Below, in pieces: positions 26,160-38,919 of a DNA stretch of 64,000 nt. Both the position numbers and the translations under genes were made by a program. The stretch lies in the NCBI RefSeq assembly GCF_006345805.1, contig NC_043001.1, positions 98,828,001-98,892,000 on the forward strand, in the 5' to 3' direction. The DNA comes from Octopus sinensis (taxonomy: Eukaryota). Numbering within the stretch: position 1 is the first letter of the stretch; every line of letters starts with the position of its first letter. Below the pieces are notes generated by a model that was not told the origin of the DNA, ran no database searches, and worked only from the letters and a program-made list of their open reading frames with translations.

Positions 26160-26960
26160 ACTGTTGAAAGCGTGCACTCATTCAAAATGGTAGAAGTGTA
26201 TAGTATAAATAATATAGGTAGCCCATTAGCAATTCAAACCTAAAGGCAAATTTATAAACAAGGATACAAAATAGTACCAGTATTGATAGAAACGAGAGTC
26301 AAAAACAACTCAAAAAGCCACAAAAACCACTAACTCAATAAGTTGATGGAAGAGAAGAAGCAAGACAGCTCTTTACCGTAGTGAGACAAACTCACACAAG
26401 AAGTAGTAGATATATCTATATCACATGATTTCAAACTGTGAATCATTTCATCTTAGCTCTCATCAGTGGATCTTACTGTGTTGTCAACTTATTGAGTTAG
26501 TGCTTCTTGTGACTTTTTGAGTTGTTTTTTACTCTTGTTTTTAGCGATGTTGGCACTATTTTGTACCCTTGTTTATAAATTTGTCTTTAGATTTGAATTG
26601 CTAACAGGCCACCTATATTATTTATACTATACACTTTTACCGTTTTGAATTAGTGCATGCTTTCAACGATATTTCTCATGAGTTGACGAGGTGAGTTATG
26701 CTACAACCCTAGGTGCAGTAAGATCCACTAACAAGAGTTAAGATGAAATGATACAGAGTTCGAAATCACATGATAAGGATATATCTGCTACTTTTTGTCT
26801 CACCACAGTAAGGATCTTTCTTGCTTCCTCTTTTTTGTTGACTTATTGAGTTAGTGCTTTTGTGGATTTTTGAATCATTTTTGAATCATGCTGGTACTAC
26901 TTTCTACCCTTATTTATAAATTTGCCTTTAGGTTTAAATTGTTAACAGGCCACATGTATT
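26160..26960. mobile_element. Older hammerhead-bearing element: ~315-bp inverted copy plus ~1.4 tandem units of ~355 bp
   Basis: 26163-26478 is the reverse complement of the + strand units. ACTTATTGAGTTAGTG repeats at ~26487 and ~26841. HHR on - at 26414-26471 (CUGAUGA, GAAA, AUA^); decayed + copy at 26723-26780 (CUAACAA). Confidence 0.8.
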
Positions 26961-26971
26961 ATATATATATA

Positions 26972-28379
<1,408 letters not shown>

Positions 28380-29689
28380 TACATATATGGATACATATAT
28401 GTATGTATATGTGTGTGAGTGTGTGTATGTATGTATGTATGTATGTATGTATGTATGTATGTATGTATACAATGGGCTTCCTTCAGCTTCTGTCTACCAA
28501 ATCTACTCACAAGGCTTTGGTTTGCTGAAGCTTTTGTAGAAGACACTTGCCCAAAATGCCATACAGTGGGACTGAACCCAGAACCATAGGGCTGAGAAGC
28601 AAACTTCTAACCACACAGCCATGCCTGCACTTTAGCTTTCACATTATAGCAATTTTTCAGTTCAAGATTTTAAATTTAGATTTTAAGATATTAATAAATT
28701 TTAAGATATTAATAAAAGTATTTTCAGGTGGCTTAATGCTTAAAGAGATAACTTCTATTTCCCTTTAAATTCTGTGTTCAATCTTAAGTTGAAGAGAGAA
28801 AGACTATCCTTCTTCCAAGTAAGGTTGAAAATGAAGCACATAACAATTATACTAGGATAGGCTGAGTCAATAAGCATGTATACATTCACACACACATACA
28901 CATATGCGTGCATACATGCAAAAAGCACAAACACAGTTGGGGAAACCCAACTAAAACAACAATAAATATCTAATTGACCTTAAAAAAGATTTGAACACAG
29001 AATAATAGGACTAGTCTTTCAAGTTGTAATGTATGTTGGATGAAATAAGTATTTATAGCATGAAAACTGACAAAAATTTTGGGGTCAAATTCAAAAGCTC
29101 AGACTGACAAGATATAAAGTGGGCATTAAAAGATGATGATGACATATACATGGAAACATACATATACTCATACCTACATAGATATGTATAGTTAGCAGAA
29201 GCAGAGTGACTCAAGGGCCAAGAATATTGTGTGTTAGTTTTACTTTTCCTGTTTATCATTTATCATCCATTGTCCATGATGGCATAGGCTAGATGGTTTG
29301 ACCCGGGCTGGTAAGCTGGGGTGGGGGGTGGGGGGCTGTACTAAATTCCAGTCTGATTTGGCATGGTTTCTATGGCTGGATGTTCTTCCTAACACCAACT
29401 GCTTTTATGTGCCACCAGCACAAGTGCCAGTTGTGTGATGCCAGTATCTGCCACAACTATGATTTCACTTGGTTTGATGGGTCTTCTTCTCAAACACAGC
29501 ATATTGCCAAAGGTCTTTGTCATTTGTCATTGCTCCATGAGGCCCAACACTCAAAAGGTGCTTTTTACATGGAACCAGCATGGCTGCTAGTTATGCAACA
29601 AGGCATTAGCCACATTGTCTCCGTAAGGCCCAGTGCTCGAAAGGTGCTTTTTATGTGCCAGTTATGTGACACCAACAACAGCCACAATT

Positions 29690-30530
29690 ATGATTTCACT
29701 TGGTTTGATGAATCTTCTCAAGCATGGCATATCACCAAAAGTCTCAGTCACTAGTCATTGCCTCTGTGAGGCCCAACATTCGAAGATCATGCTTCACCAC
29801 CTCATCCCATGTCTTCCTGGGTCTCCCTCTTCCACAGCTTCTTTCACTGGTAGAGATTGACATTTCTTCACACAGATGTCCACATCCATATGTGTCACAT
29901 GACCATACCAGTGCAGTTGTCCCTCTTGCAGATCACATCTGATGCCTCTTATGCCTAACTTTTCTCTCAAGACATTTACACTCTGATGTACATGCACAGA
30001 CATTGCACATCCAGTGAATCATACTAACTTCATTTCTTTCAAACCTACACATGTCCTCTGTAGTCCCAACCCATGTTTCATTGCCATGTAGCATGACTGT
30101 TTGCACACAGCCATCATACAATCTGCCTTTCACTCTGAGGGAGAGACCCTTTGTTATCAACAAAGATAGGAGCTCTCTGAACTTTGCCCAACCTATTCTT
30201 ATTCTCGCAGCTATACTCTCAGAGATTCCACCCCCTTCTACTGACTTGGTCACCAAGGTAAAAGAAGCTAGCAACTATTTCTACTTTTTTCCCCTGGCAT
30301 TTGATGGATTCTATTTTCTGTGCATTTTTAGTGTTAATTATACCTGTGCACCTTCCGTACACAAAAACTAGTTTCCCTGTTAACCTTCCTCTGATATTGC
30401 TGCATCTCTTATGTGTCCATAGCTTACACTCAATACATTTTATGGAATTTCTACCTATGCCTTTCCTACAGATTGAGAAGGGTCCTCTACCTGAGGGGAT
30501 TTGTGATTTGTCTGCTTTTCTACTCACTAA
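29690..30530 (-). mobile_element. Decayed RTE LINE 3' portion (same family as 1915-2830)
   Basis: CRKGIGRNSIKCIECKLWTHKRC, WAKFRELLSLL, LHGNETW, LHWYGHV. Confidence 0.85.
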
Positions 30531-30597
30531 GACTTTGATTATACATACATACATACATACATACATACATACATACATACATACATACATACATACT

Positions 30598-30629
<32 letters not shown>

Positions 30630-30699
30630 TATGAGTTCAGCAAAAATTTAGATTCCGATGAATATGGTACGTAAGTTGAGGCATACATACCCATACATA

Positions 30700-31580
30700 C
30701 ATACATACCCATATATGCATGTATATATACATGTAGAGGTAGGTACATACATATATGTATGTATATATGCATATGTTTTATTTATTACTTTATTATATGA
30801 CGGAATGCACGCATCCATTTCTAAGTAAGATTGTTCTTGATATTAATAATGATGCGCACTCTTGACCTTTCTGTCCCCTCCCTTTCTCAGCCTTCATTCT
30901 TTCTGGTTTCCTTTTCTTCTACCTTACTGTCTCTCCCTCTCTCTCTCATTCTTTCTGGTTTCCTCACAACCATTCCCTTTTTTTCTCTCCCTTTCTCTTG
31001 CTCCTCCTCCTCCCTCCCGTCATTGACCCACGACGAGAGCTCTGCTACTGCCTTTCTGGCCTGGCGTCCTTGAAGTGTAGACGGCATTTTCTGTTGCTCC
31101 TTCGCCGTTCTCAAAAATAGCGTTTGTAACACTATCTCGTTCGGCTTAACAGCCCTTCTTGTCTTGTTATTCTCCTTGTCCTGTCTTTTACTGTTTATAT
31201 TTTGTACTGTCGTTACTGTCCTGTTTTTGTTACCATTTTTACCCCTCCGCAAAAATGATCTCAGATTTGATTTAATTTGCTTTTCGCGGGAAGGAAAGTT
31301 TCTATCGAAGATGCGTATCGCCTTCACCTTCGAAACGCAGAGTAGATGAAACCATGGCGACTGAAGAAGAGGAATTTTCCTTGTGTTATTTGTCCTGTAC
31401 TCTATTTTTTCGTTGTTTAAGAAAAATGTCCAATTCCTTGGTTTTGTGTTTATGTTTTCGTTTCTCATTGTGTTTGACGGTTTTTTTTGGTGTCCTGTAC
31501 CCATATATGCATGTATATATACATGTAGAGGTAGGTACGTACATATATGTATGTATATATGCATATGTTTTATTTATTAA
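30700..31580. repeat. Element bounded by ~85-bp direct repeats 792 bp apart
   Basis: ACCCATATATGCATGTATATATACATGTAGAGGTAGGTAC...TTTTATTTATTA starts near 30707 and 31499. Confidence 0.7.
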
Positions 31581-31657
31581 TTTATTATATATATATATTT
31601 ACGGAGATGTACTCGCATAGCAAATGATTTGATCTGAGATCGTGTGCTGAAACGAAA

Positions 31658-31781
31658 ACAATTGCAGCGTGGAAGGTGTTTGTAAGCCATTTAAGAAACA
31701 CACAAAAGCCGTTCGAAGTGAATCGAACGGCTTTTGTGTGTTTCTTAAATGGCTTACAAACACCTTCCACGCTGCAATTGT
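31658..31781. repeat. Perfect palindrome: 59-bp arms, 6-nt loop
   Basis: ACAATTGCAGC...GCCGTTCGA | AGTGAA | TCGAACGGC...GCTGCAATTGT. Confidence 0.95.
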
Positions 31782-33369
31782 ATATATATATATATATATA
31801 TATATTGATAAAACGGTAAGATAACAAAAGAAAGAAAGAGACCTCAATATTATGTAAATAGAGGAAATTTATCTATACAATATGTTACATTACTCGGTAG
31901 TCAAGATAAAACTCCACTTCGGCATCTGAAACTCAGAGTTATATATATATATATATATACACACATACACATCTATGTGTGTGTGTCACTGAAGCCATTC
32001 ACACATACACACATGCATACATAACCTCTCTCTCTTTTTCTCTCGCCATTGCTTTTAAGTACCTGGTGCAAGAAAAAGAAAAATAGGTCGGGAAGGGGCA
32101 GAGGAAGGATTTATAAATTTTCAAAAGTTTTTACAAAATGCTTCATCTTACAAACATGGTTTTTGCTTTAGTTCTCGTCTGTCACGATTTCCTTTTAATC
32201 GTTAGGTGTATGTGTAGATGTATATATATATATATGTAAGTGTAAGAGAGACAGATAAACAGCAATAGGAAAAGAGAGAGTGGTACTGTAAAGAGATAAG
32301 TCACACCCGCGCGAAGATTTGAGTGAGCGAGCGTGTGTGTGTTTTCTGTGACACGTACGGAATCACTCAACTATTCAAACGATAACCATAGTAAAGTTAC
32401 AATTCTTCTTCTCCCTTCCTGTTACACCCCAGACAGCGCTTGCTGGTCCGAATCGATTTTTTAGTTCATAAAATTATAATACTCTATAGTTTAATTCTTT
32501 TTGGTTACCACAAAGGCGCGCGCGTGCACGAACACACACACACGCGCGCGCGCGCACACACACATACACACACACACACACACCACACACACACACACAC
32601 ACACACTCACTCACTCACTCATGTTCACATATCCAAAGAATACAGACGTGAATAACGTATTACAGCGCCCCGGGGTTATTCATTGACTAGAGCATATACA
32701 AAATTTGTTAACTTAACAAGCCATCGAATTGGCCTCAATACTTAACGTGATGGAATAAATATCTCACAAGCCAACGAAGTTGCGCAATCCGCTTGAAAAA
32801 CTTCCATATCTCTTTCATAACGCATTTGACTACGTGAAGCAACAAAAGATATACACTGGATATATTCCTAGATTTATTCACTAGGAATTTTATATGTATA
32901 GATAACCAGAGACAGTGAAAGGGTGAAAACATGCAATGGCCGTGGTCGGAATGCTTCTGGTTATAAATCTGTACGACGAGGAACTAAACTACAGAAGCAG
33001 TTACGCAATGTATGTAGATATGTAATAAAACAAAACCTGTCGAAATTCTAGGCCATCCCATCACAAGCGCCCGTGACTTAATATTCATTTGTAAGTAACA
33101 AATTTTTTCCTCGTTCATTTTTTTTTTATTAATATATAATTCGTATATACTAGCATACCCCTGTCGTCAAAATTATCAACTAAATGATAGAAAATGAGAC
33201 GTAGGTAAAGCGCATGTATACTACCCATTTCTGGTGGGTTTTTTTTTTTTTTTTGTTCAAAACCAATTTGGTCACGAAAAAAATATATATTTGGTCACGT
33301 AAAAAAAAAAAAAAAAGACAGCCTACTAGGTGTAAAAAAGAACTGTGTAGAAAACTAATATAAAAACAA

Positions 33370-34020
33370 AAATTTGCGCAATCGAACGGAGTGGGTGCTG
33401 AGAGGACTTTCGGAAATTTCACACGATCCGATTTTTCCCTCATAACTTTTAGAAAAATAAATATATATTGATGAAATTTTATAGAAATACCGTTCAAATG
33501 GTACAAATTACGATTATAAAGAAATTTCTGGGGAATATGTTTTCCGAAGGGGTGGGAAGAGGATTTTGGAAAATTCACGCGATACCTCATAACTTTCAGG
33601 GTCTAGTTTAGCGCCCGGTCACCATAGAGCAAAAAGTCTATGTGTAAAATTTACGCAAACGAACCGGTGGGGAGGGGGAGGACTTTTGGAAAATTCACAA
33701 GATCCGATTTTCCCTCATAACTTTCAGAAAAATAGATATATATTGAAAAAAAAAACCCAACACCCTCCCCTCCCAATTCTATGGTCTTGGCCTTCAAGCA
33801 GGCTATCCACATGCTAGAAATAACAGCCAAATCTCAAATGGACAAGACCATTTTCAGTCCCAGAAACACACGATGTTTTGCTCTGGTCAAATGATTCTCT
33901 TTAATTTCACAATATATATCCATTTTCCCGAAAGTTATGAGGGAAAAATCGGTTCTTGTGAATTTTCCGAAAGTCCTCCCCCACCCAGGTTCGTTTGCGC
34001 AATTTTTTTTCATATTCGTT
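33370..34020. repeat. ~100-bp motif in two direct copies (~277 bp apart) and one inverted copy
   Basis: GGACTTT..GGAAA.TTCAC..GATCCGATTTTTCCCTCATAACTTT at ~33403 and ~33680; reverse complement at 33912-34010. Confidence 0.75.
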
Positions 34021-34462
34021 TTCTACTCTGTTGTTAACGGGTGAGGATCTTTATATTGACCCTTTTCTTTAATTTTCTTTTGCAAACCATTTAATTCGCT
34101 TGACATCACATTTGCACTATCATAAGTTTGAGCCACAAACTTATGACCAATTTTTAACTCTTCTATTTTATCAAACACAATTTTTGACAAACCACTTGCT
34201 GTACGATCTGAACTTACGTTTAAAAATCCTAAAAATTCTTTCTGCAATATTACCGTCACTTAAAACATATCTTACAACAAATGAAAGCTGTGCTACAGTT
34301 CTAATATCAGTTGCTTCATCTAAAATAATAGCCTCACATGTTGAATCATTAATTTCCGATTTAATCTTATCTAAAAGAACTTCGGCTATACTATTTATTA
34401 AATCATTTTGAAATCTGTTTGAAGTGCCAGAAAAAACGCCTGCCTCTTGCAAATGTGATGAT

Positions 34463-34754
34463 TGTGGTGTGTGCACGATTTGAATATAAAGGCACCTACC
34501 TTCTCTTCCTCGTGACAGAGACCCTCCAGTGGTAACTAGTCCTTCGACACAGCCCCGACCCGAACACTAACAATAGCAGCTGCTAGCCCAAGCCCTTAGC
34601 GACGTCCGCACACGTCTTGTCACCTGCACGACCCACATTGGAAAGGCCCAATTGACCGCTGCCTGCGCATGCCTCACAGCTGCCCCATCCGGTTGCCCCA
34701 GCTTCCGGTCAATGCACCCAGCTGCTGACGTCCAGCTGCTAACGTCATCCCACA
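34463..34754 (-). repeat. 3' LTR (292 bp)
   Basis: TGTGGTGTG...ATCCCACA. Purine-rich AAGATCAGGGTGGCG immediately upstream on the minus strand (PPT-like). Confidence 0.95.
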
Positions 34755-34970
34755 CGCCACCCTGATCTTAAAGATCACAATCTCTCCGCTCCATGTCGTA
34801 GTCCACCATCTAACCGGGAGAGCGCCTTGCTCGTCGAGATCTTCTCAAGCTCGGCACCTCGTTCTCCCCCTCTCCAGAATCATCGTCTGTCGAAGTGACA
34901 ATCCTGCGAAGGTCCAAGATGTGTCGTGGTGTTCCATCTACGGATACGTTGTTTCTGGAATTGACCGCCA

Positions 34971-36449
34971 TCACAGTTCCTCTGTCCATTGAGACGTACA
35001 GCGCGCCTTTGGTGGCTTGACCCAAACTTCCTCCCCTATTTTCACGCGAATGGGTCCCTTCTCTTCCTCGTGACCCTCCAGCGCTTTGCTCGGGTGCCTC
35101 CATTCATATTTGAACACAGCTCTCTGCGGCACAGATTCCTCAGCTTGTCCGGATCGGGGAGACAAGTTGTACCAAAAAACTGCTTCAAGCGACGAAATGT
35201 GCCCTCTTTCCGCTATGGCCTTGACTGTCCGATGGTGCCTCTCCACAATCCCGTTACCGCTCGGCCTATATGCTGCTCTGAACAAGCGTCGCACATTCCA
35301 CCAATCAAGCATAACCCTCAATGCTTCCGAACGAAACGCCGCCCCGTTGTCCATCAGTAGTTCTTCCACGGGACCTCTCTCTAAAAATATCCCGTTCAGG
35401 ATCTGCGCGATCTCGTCAGCAATGCCCGATCTCAACTCCCTCCAAATGGCCAGCCGGCCCGGCCTGCAGTCGACCATGGAGAGGTACATTCGCTGACGGT
35501 AGTGTGTCACATCCACAGCTAGCCTTTTCCAGTTCTGCTCCACGGAAAGGCTTCCCTGTTCATGCCCACACAGAGCAGGCTCGATGGACTGACACCTGTC
35601 GCAGCTCCCGACCACCTTCCGGATGCTTCTCCTAGTGACGTCAGCATCAATTTTCTTCGCCAGATACAGTGTCCTGTCCACACCCAGGTGATGCATAGCA
35701 TGCAGTTTCTTCAGTTCAGAGTCATCCAACCGACACGCCGCAGCTATCCCTTTCTGGGCCTCCTCCGGTTCTTCCAACCACGCTCTTTTCACCCTGGTCA
35801 GTACGTCCGCCCTGTTTTTCTCCGAAGGCATGAAAACCACGTTCAGCTTCAGTCCAAACATGGCGATCAATTCACCTAGAACTCCTAGACGGCACTTCAC
35901 TAACATCTCTGCAGCACTTTTCGTCCACACTCTCCTTTCACCGGTGATCACCGATCCTACCCAGCTAAGCACAGTGGCCAAATCCGTCTGGATTTCAATC
36001 GTGCGCAGCCCCCATTTCAAGGCCAAGTTCACCCCTTTCAGCACCGCGTCTAATTCGGCGACATTGATGTGGTTGAAATCATCTGTTTTCCAAAGCCAGG
36101 CCGCGTCCTCCACCGCAGCACCTTCGATTGCCAACACCACCCCTATCGCTATACTGCTAGCATCACACCAGACGGTCCCGCATTCCGTCTTGGGCACGTA
36201 CCAGTTCCCCCTGACCGGGTCTTCCGCTCTCGTCCTCTCTAGGATTTCCTGCATCATCGCCACCGTCCTTTCTCCCACCTTGTCGCCCCACCTCTCCCCT
36301 TCTGCTTGTATCTTGGTGTAACTACACGCCGTGCGCAGCCATCCAGCGATCGGGTAGTGACCGACCAACTTCCCACACACCGAGAACAGCTCTCTCCTGC
36401 TGACGCTGGAACTCAGCTCTGGGATTTCATTTCCTCTCTGGAACACCAA
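34971..36449 (-). CDS. RNase H + integrase part of pol (disrupted)
   Basis: WCDASS (RNase H); HAMHHLGV...CDRC (HHCC); VDVTH, MDNG, NGIVERHHRTVK (DDE). In-frame TGA at 36468-36470; frameshifted tail continues in 34810..35103. Confidence 0.9.
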   Translation of the reverse strand: MVFQRGNEIPELSSSVSRRELFSVCGKLVGHYPIAGWLRTACSYTKIQAEGERWGDKVGERTVAMMQEILERTRAEDPVRGNWYVPKTECGTVWCDASSIAIGVVLAIEGAAVEDAAWLWKTDDFNHINVAELDAVLKGVNLALKWGLRTIEIQTDLATVLSWVGSVITGERRVWTKSAAEMLVKCRLGVLGELIAMFGLKLNVVFMPSEKNRADVLTRVKRAWLEEPEEAQKGIAAACRLDDSELKKLHAMHHLGVDRTLYLAKKIDADVTRRSIRKVVGSCDRCQSIEPALCGHEQGSLSVEQNWKRLAVDVTHYRQRMYLSMVDCRPGRLAIWRELRSGIADEIAQILNGIFLERGPVEELLMDNGAAFRSEALRVMLDWWNVRRLFRAAYRPSGNGIVERHHRTVKAIAERGHISSLEAVFWYNLSPRSGQAEESVPQRAVFKYEWRHPSKALEGHEEEKGPIRVKIGEEVWVKPPKARCTSQWTEEL

Positions 36450-36467
36450 TTCACCCGATCCATCTCT

Positions 36468-37110
36468 TCACAGCTTCAGCCCCAACGCAGCTCCCCCTTC
36501 AATCGACTCTGGTGGCTTGGCAATCAGTCCGAACTTCTCCAGATGTCTAACTACCTTGTCAGCTGGCACTACAGTTTCGTCCACCAAAATGTCGTCAATG
36601 TAGGAGCTGGTGGCCTTTCTAATCTTGCCGTCTTTCCCTAGGACGGACCTAAGCACTGCCGCCATGATCTTCGGAGCGGAATTCAGCCCGAAACCCAGAC
36701 TGGTTAAACAGTACGTCCGGCCCTTGTATCGCACCAGCTGATATTGCCACAGTCTGTCGCTCACATGGAGCTGCAAGTATGCCGATCTCAAGTCGACAAT
36801 CGTCGCTGCCTCGGTCGACTGTCTCCACTTACATAACGCCTCGCCACAAACGTCTGTCGCCTCACCTCCCGTGTGACACGATATGTGCTGGTTTAGCTCC
36901 CTGAAGTCCAGCACCGGTCTGACTTTTCCCTTCGTAGGCTGCACCACCGCCATCAGGGGTAGCACTCCGCCCACTACCTCCTCCTTCCAAGAGACAAGGA
37001 CCCTTTCATCGATCCACCTCTCCACCTCATCTTCAAACTCGACCCTGGTGTGGCCTTTCAGGGTATGCTGGTAACAGCTCACCCTGTTTTCCAGCGTCGG
37101 GGGCTCGCCT
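36468..37110 (-). CDS. Reverse transcriptase part of pol (disrupted)
   Basis: KVRPVLDFRELN, VDLRSAYLQL, LGFGLNSAP, YIDDILV. One-base frameshift relative to the protease near 37108. Confidence 0.9.
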
Positions 37111-37642
37111 TCCATCGCCACTCTATCGTCCACCGCTGACCATCGAACGCCGCCTGAAAGTCTTTGTCCTCGATGGTGTAAGCGGCGCAGTCCCTCGCAG
37201 GGCTCTGCTCTCTCTGGCAATCCTGACTCGCAGTGCATGACGCCCCCACGCTTCCGAACGTGACCTCATTTCCCACAACACTGACGCCACCGAGGCAGTT
37301 GATGGCGTCCATCCCCATCACCACATCAACTCCATCAAAGCGTTCGGCCACAATTGCCTGCAGCCTTAGTGTCGCGTCGCGCACCACTATCTCTACCTTG
37401 CTGCTGCCTCTGCAACGGATTTCGCTGCCGTCGACTGCCCGGACACTACTCACCCCGTTCCATTCCTTCGTCACCCTTGAAGTCACAAGGGTGGTCGTAC
37501 AGCCCGTATCCACGAGGGCCTTGAACGTCTTCCCCTCAGCCTCCACGTCAATCAATGGCAGCGTCTCCAATAGCGCCTCTACTCGTTTGCGGGGAAAGTT
37601 CAAGAGGCAGCAACTTCCCCGCGGTCGTTTCCCTGGTCGCAA
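37079..37642 (-). CDS. Aspartic protease
   Basis: ALVDTGCTTTLV active site, VVMGMD flap. Reading frame is -1 relative to gag. Confidence 0.9.
   Translation of the reverse strand: MRPGKRPRGSCCLLNFPRKRVEALLETLPLIDVEAEGKTFKALVDTGCTTTLVTSRVTKEWNGVSSVRAVDGSEIRCRGSSKVEIVVRDATLRLQAIVAERFDGVDVVMGMDAINCLGGVSVVGNEVTFGSVGASCTASQDCQREQSPARDCAAYTIEDKDFQAAFDGQRWTIEWRWKASPRRWKTG
37589..37633 (-). promoter_or_regulatory. -1 programmed ribosomal frameshift signal (gag/pro)
   Basis: G_GGA_AAC heptamer in gag frame (37633-37627), 4-nt spacer, then stem GCGGGGAAG / CUUUCCCCGC. Confidence 0.85.
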
Positions 37643-38343
37643 TCACGGGCAATGTGCCCTGTCTGCCTGCATTGATAGCAAACAGGCCCCGGCTGCGTAC
37701 AGTCCCGCGCCATGTGCGGTCCCTGGCATCTAAAACACCGTCCTGAGAACATCCGCTCTCGTTGCATGGTAAGCTTCTGTACGTCTTTCTCGGGACGTCG
37801 TCTGTCTTTACGCGCCTCCGTCACCGCCATCGCTATCGCCTTCTGCCCAGAGTGTCTCGTCAACACGCGAGCCTGAGCCACAAGTTCGCTCAGCGGCATC
37901 TTTTTAATCCCAGGCAGTCGTTGTAGGTGAATCCCTACATTGTCAGGGAACCCATTCACAAACGCCAGCCGGGCTGCTCTCTCCAGCCCTTCTCCCGCAA
38001 ACCCAGCCAGAGTCGCTAACCTTCTAACTTCTGATGCATAGTCATCCGCTTGGCCTCCCGTCCACCTGATTGCACCTAGCTTAGCAAAAGCTGTGTATTC
38101 GCATTCCGTGTAGGCATCCCGCAAGCGTCGCTCTATGTTCTCCTCGCTGAGCCGTTCCTCTTCATCCATCCCTAGGTATAGCGTTAAGGCGCTCCCTTCT
38201 AAATACAGCACCATAAGACTCCACACATCGCTTATACCTTGCAGTCTTGCCACCAGCCTGATTTTGCGAATCCAGGCCACTACATCGCCTTCGCCATTAA
38301 AAGGTCTGACGACATCGCTGGCGATCCTAATTTTTGCAGACAT
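37600..38343 (-). CDS. Gag with two zinc knuckles
   Basis: CFRCQGPHMARDC and CYQCRQTGHIARDC; intact 247-aa ORF. Confidence 0.92.
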   Translation of the reverse strand: MSAKIRIASDVVRPFNGEGDVVAWIRKIRLVARLQGISDVWSLMVLYLEGSALTLYLGMDEEERLSEENIERRLRDAYTECEYTAFAKLGAIRWTGGQADDYASEVRRLATLAGFAGEGLERAARLAFVNGFPDNVGIHLQRLPGIKKMPLSELVAQARVLTRHSGQKAIAMAVTEARKDRRRPEKDVQKLTMQRERMFSGRCFRCQGPHMARDCTQPGPVCYQCRQTGHIARDCDQGNDRGEVAAS

Positions 38344-38396
38344 CGTGGCGATGTATCGTGTTGAAATGTAAATGTTTAAGAACAGCCGAAATAGCT

Positions 38397-38672
38397 TGTG
38401 GTGTGTGCACGATTTTAATATAAAGGCACCTACCTTCTCTTATGTGACGGAGACCCTCCAGTGGTAACTAGTCCTTCGACACAGCCTCGACCCGAACACT
38501 AACGATAGCAGCTGCTAGCCCAAGCCCTTAGCGATGTCTGCACATGTCTTGTCACCTGCACAACCCACATTGGAAAGGCGCAATTGATCGCTGCCTGCGC
38601 ACGCCTCACAGCTGCCCCTTCTGGTTGCCCCAGCTTCCGGTCAACGCACCCAGCTGCTGACGTCATCCCACA
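38397..38672 (-). repeat. 5' LTR (276 bp)
   Basis: About 95% identical to 34463-34754 (14 substitutions and 2 indels, hand count). Confidence 0.95.
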
Positions 38673-38919
38673 ATGGTAATAAAGGATCGTATTTTTTACA
38701 GAGGTTGAGTATTTCTCTGTAATTGCCCTTATTATCAGAATCAGCTGACCTCTGGGTGCTAGTTGTTATTCACAAACCACATCAATTAATCGTCTTAAGA
38801 TTTCCCTATTTTCATTATGAGTTTCTATATTCTTTTGATGTTGGCTATTTAATAAAAAATCAATACGTGTTTTTCCGAATCTTGTTAAATCAATCACTGA
38901 TATTAAAAGCTCCCATGAC

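Larger units (their letters stand above)
34463..38672 (-). mobile_element. Full-length Ty3/Gypsy LTR retrotransposon (Mag-like assignment tentative), mildly decayed
   Basis: Two TG...CA LTRs. 5-bp TSD ATGAT/ATGGT (1 mismatch). Order gag-PR-RT-RH-IN. Confidence 0.95.

Noticed and set aside
31300-31385. GAAACG and CUGAAGA motifs close together (type II hammerhead?)
   Set aside because: Stems I and III do not pair.
30887-31564. 225-aa minus-strand ORF
   Set aside because: Low-complexity K/E/R-rich reading of a repeat element with no domain motif.
34989-37746. Several 100-166 aa plus-strand ORFs
   Set aside because: Antisense frames of the GC-rich gag-pol.
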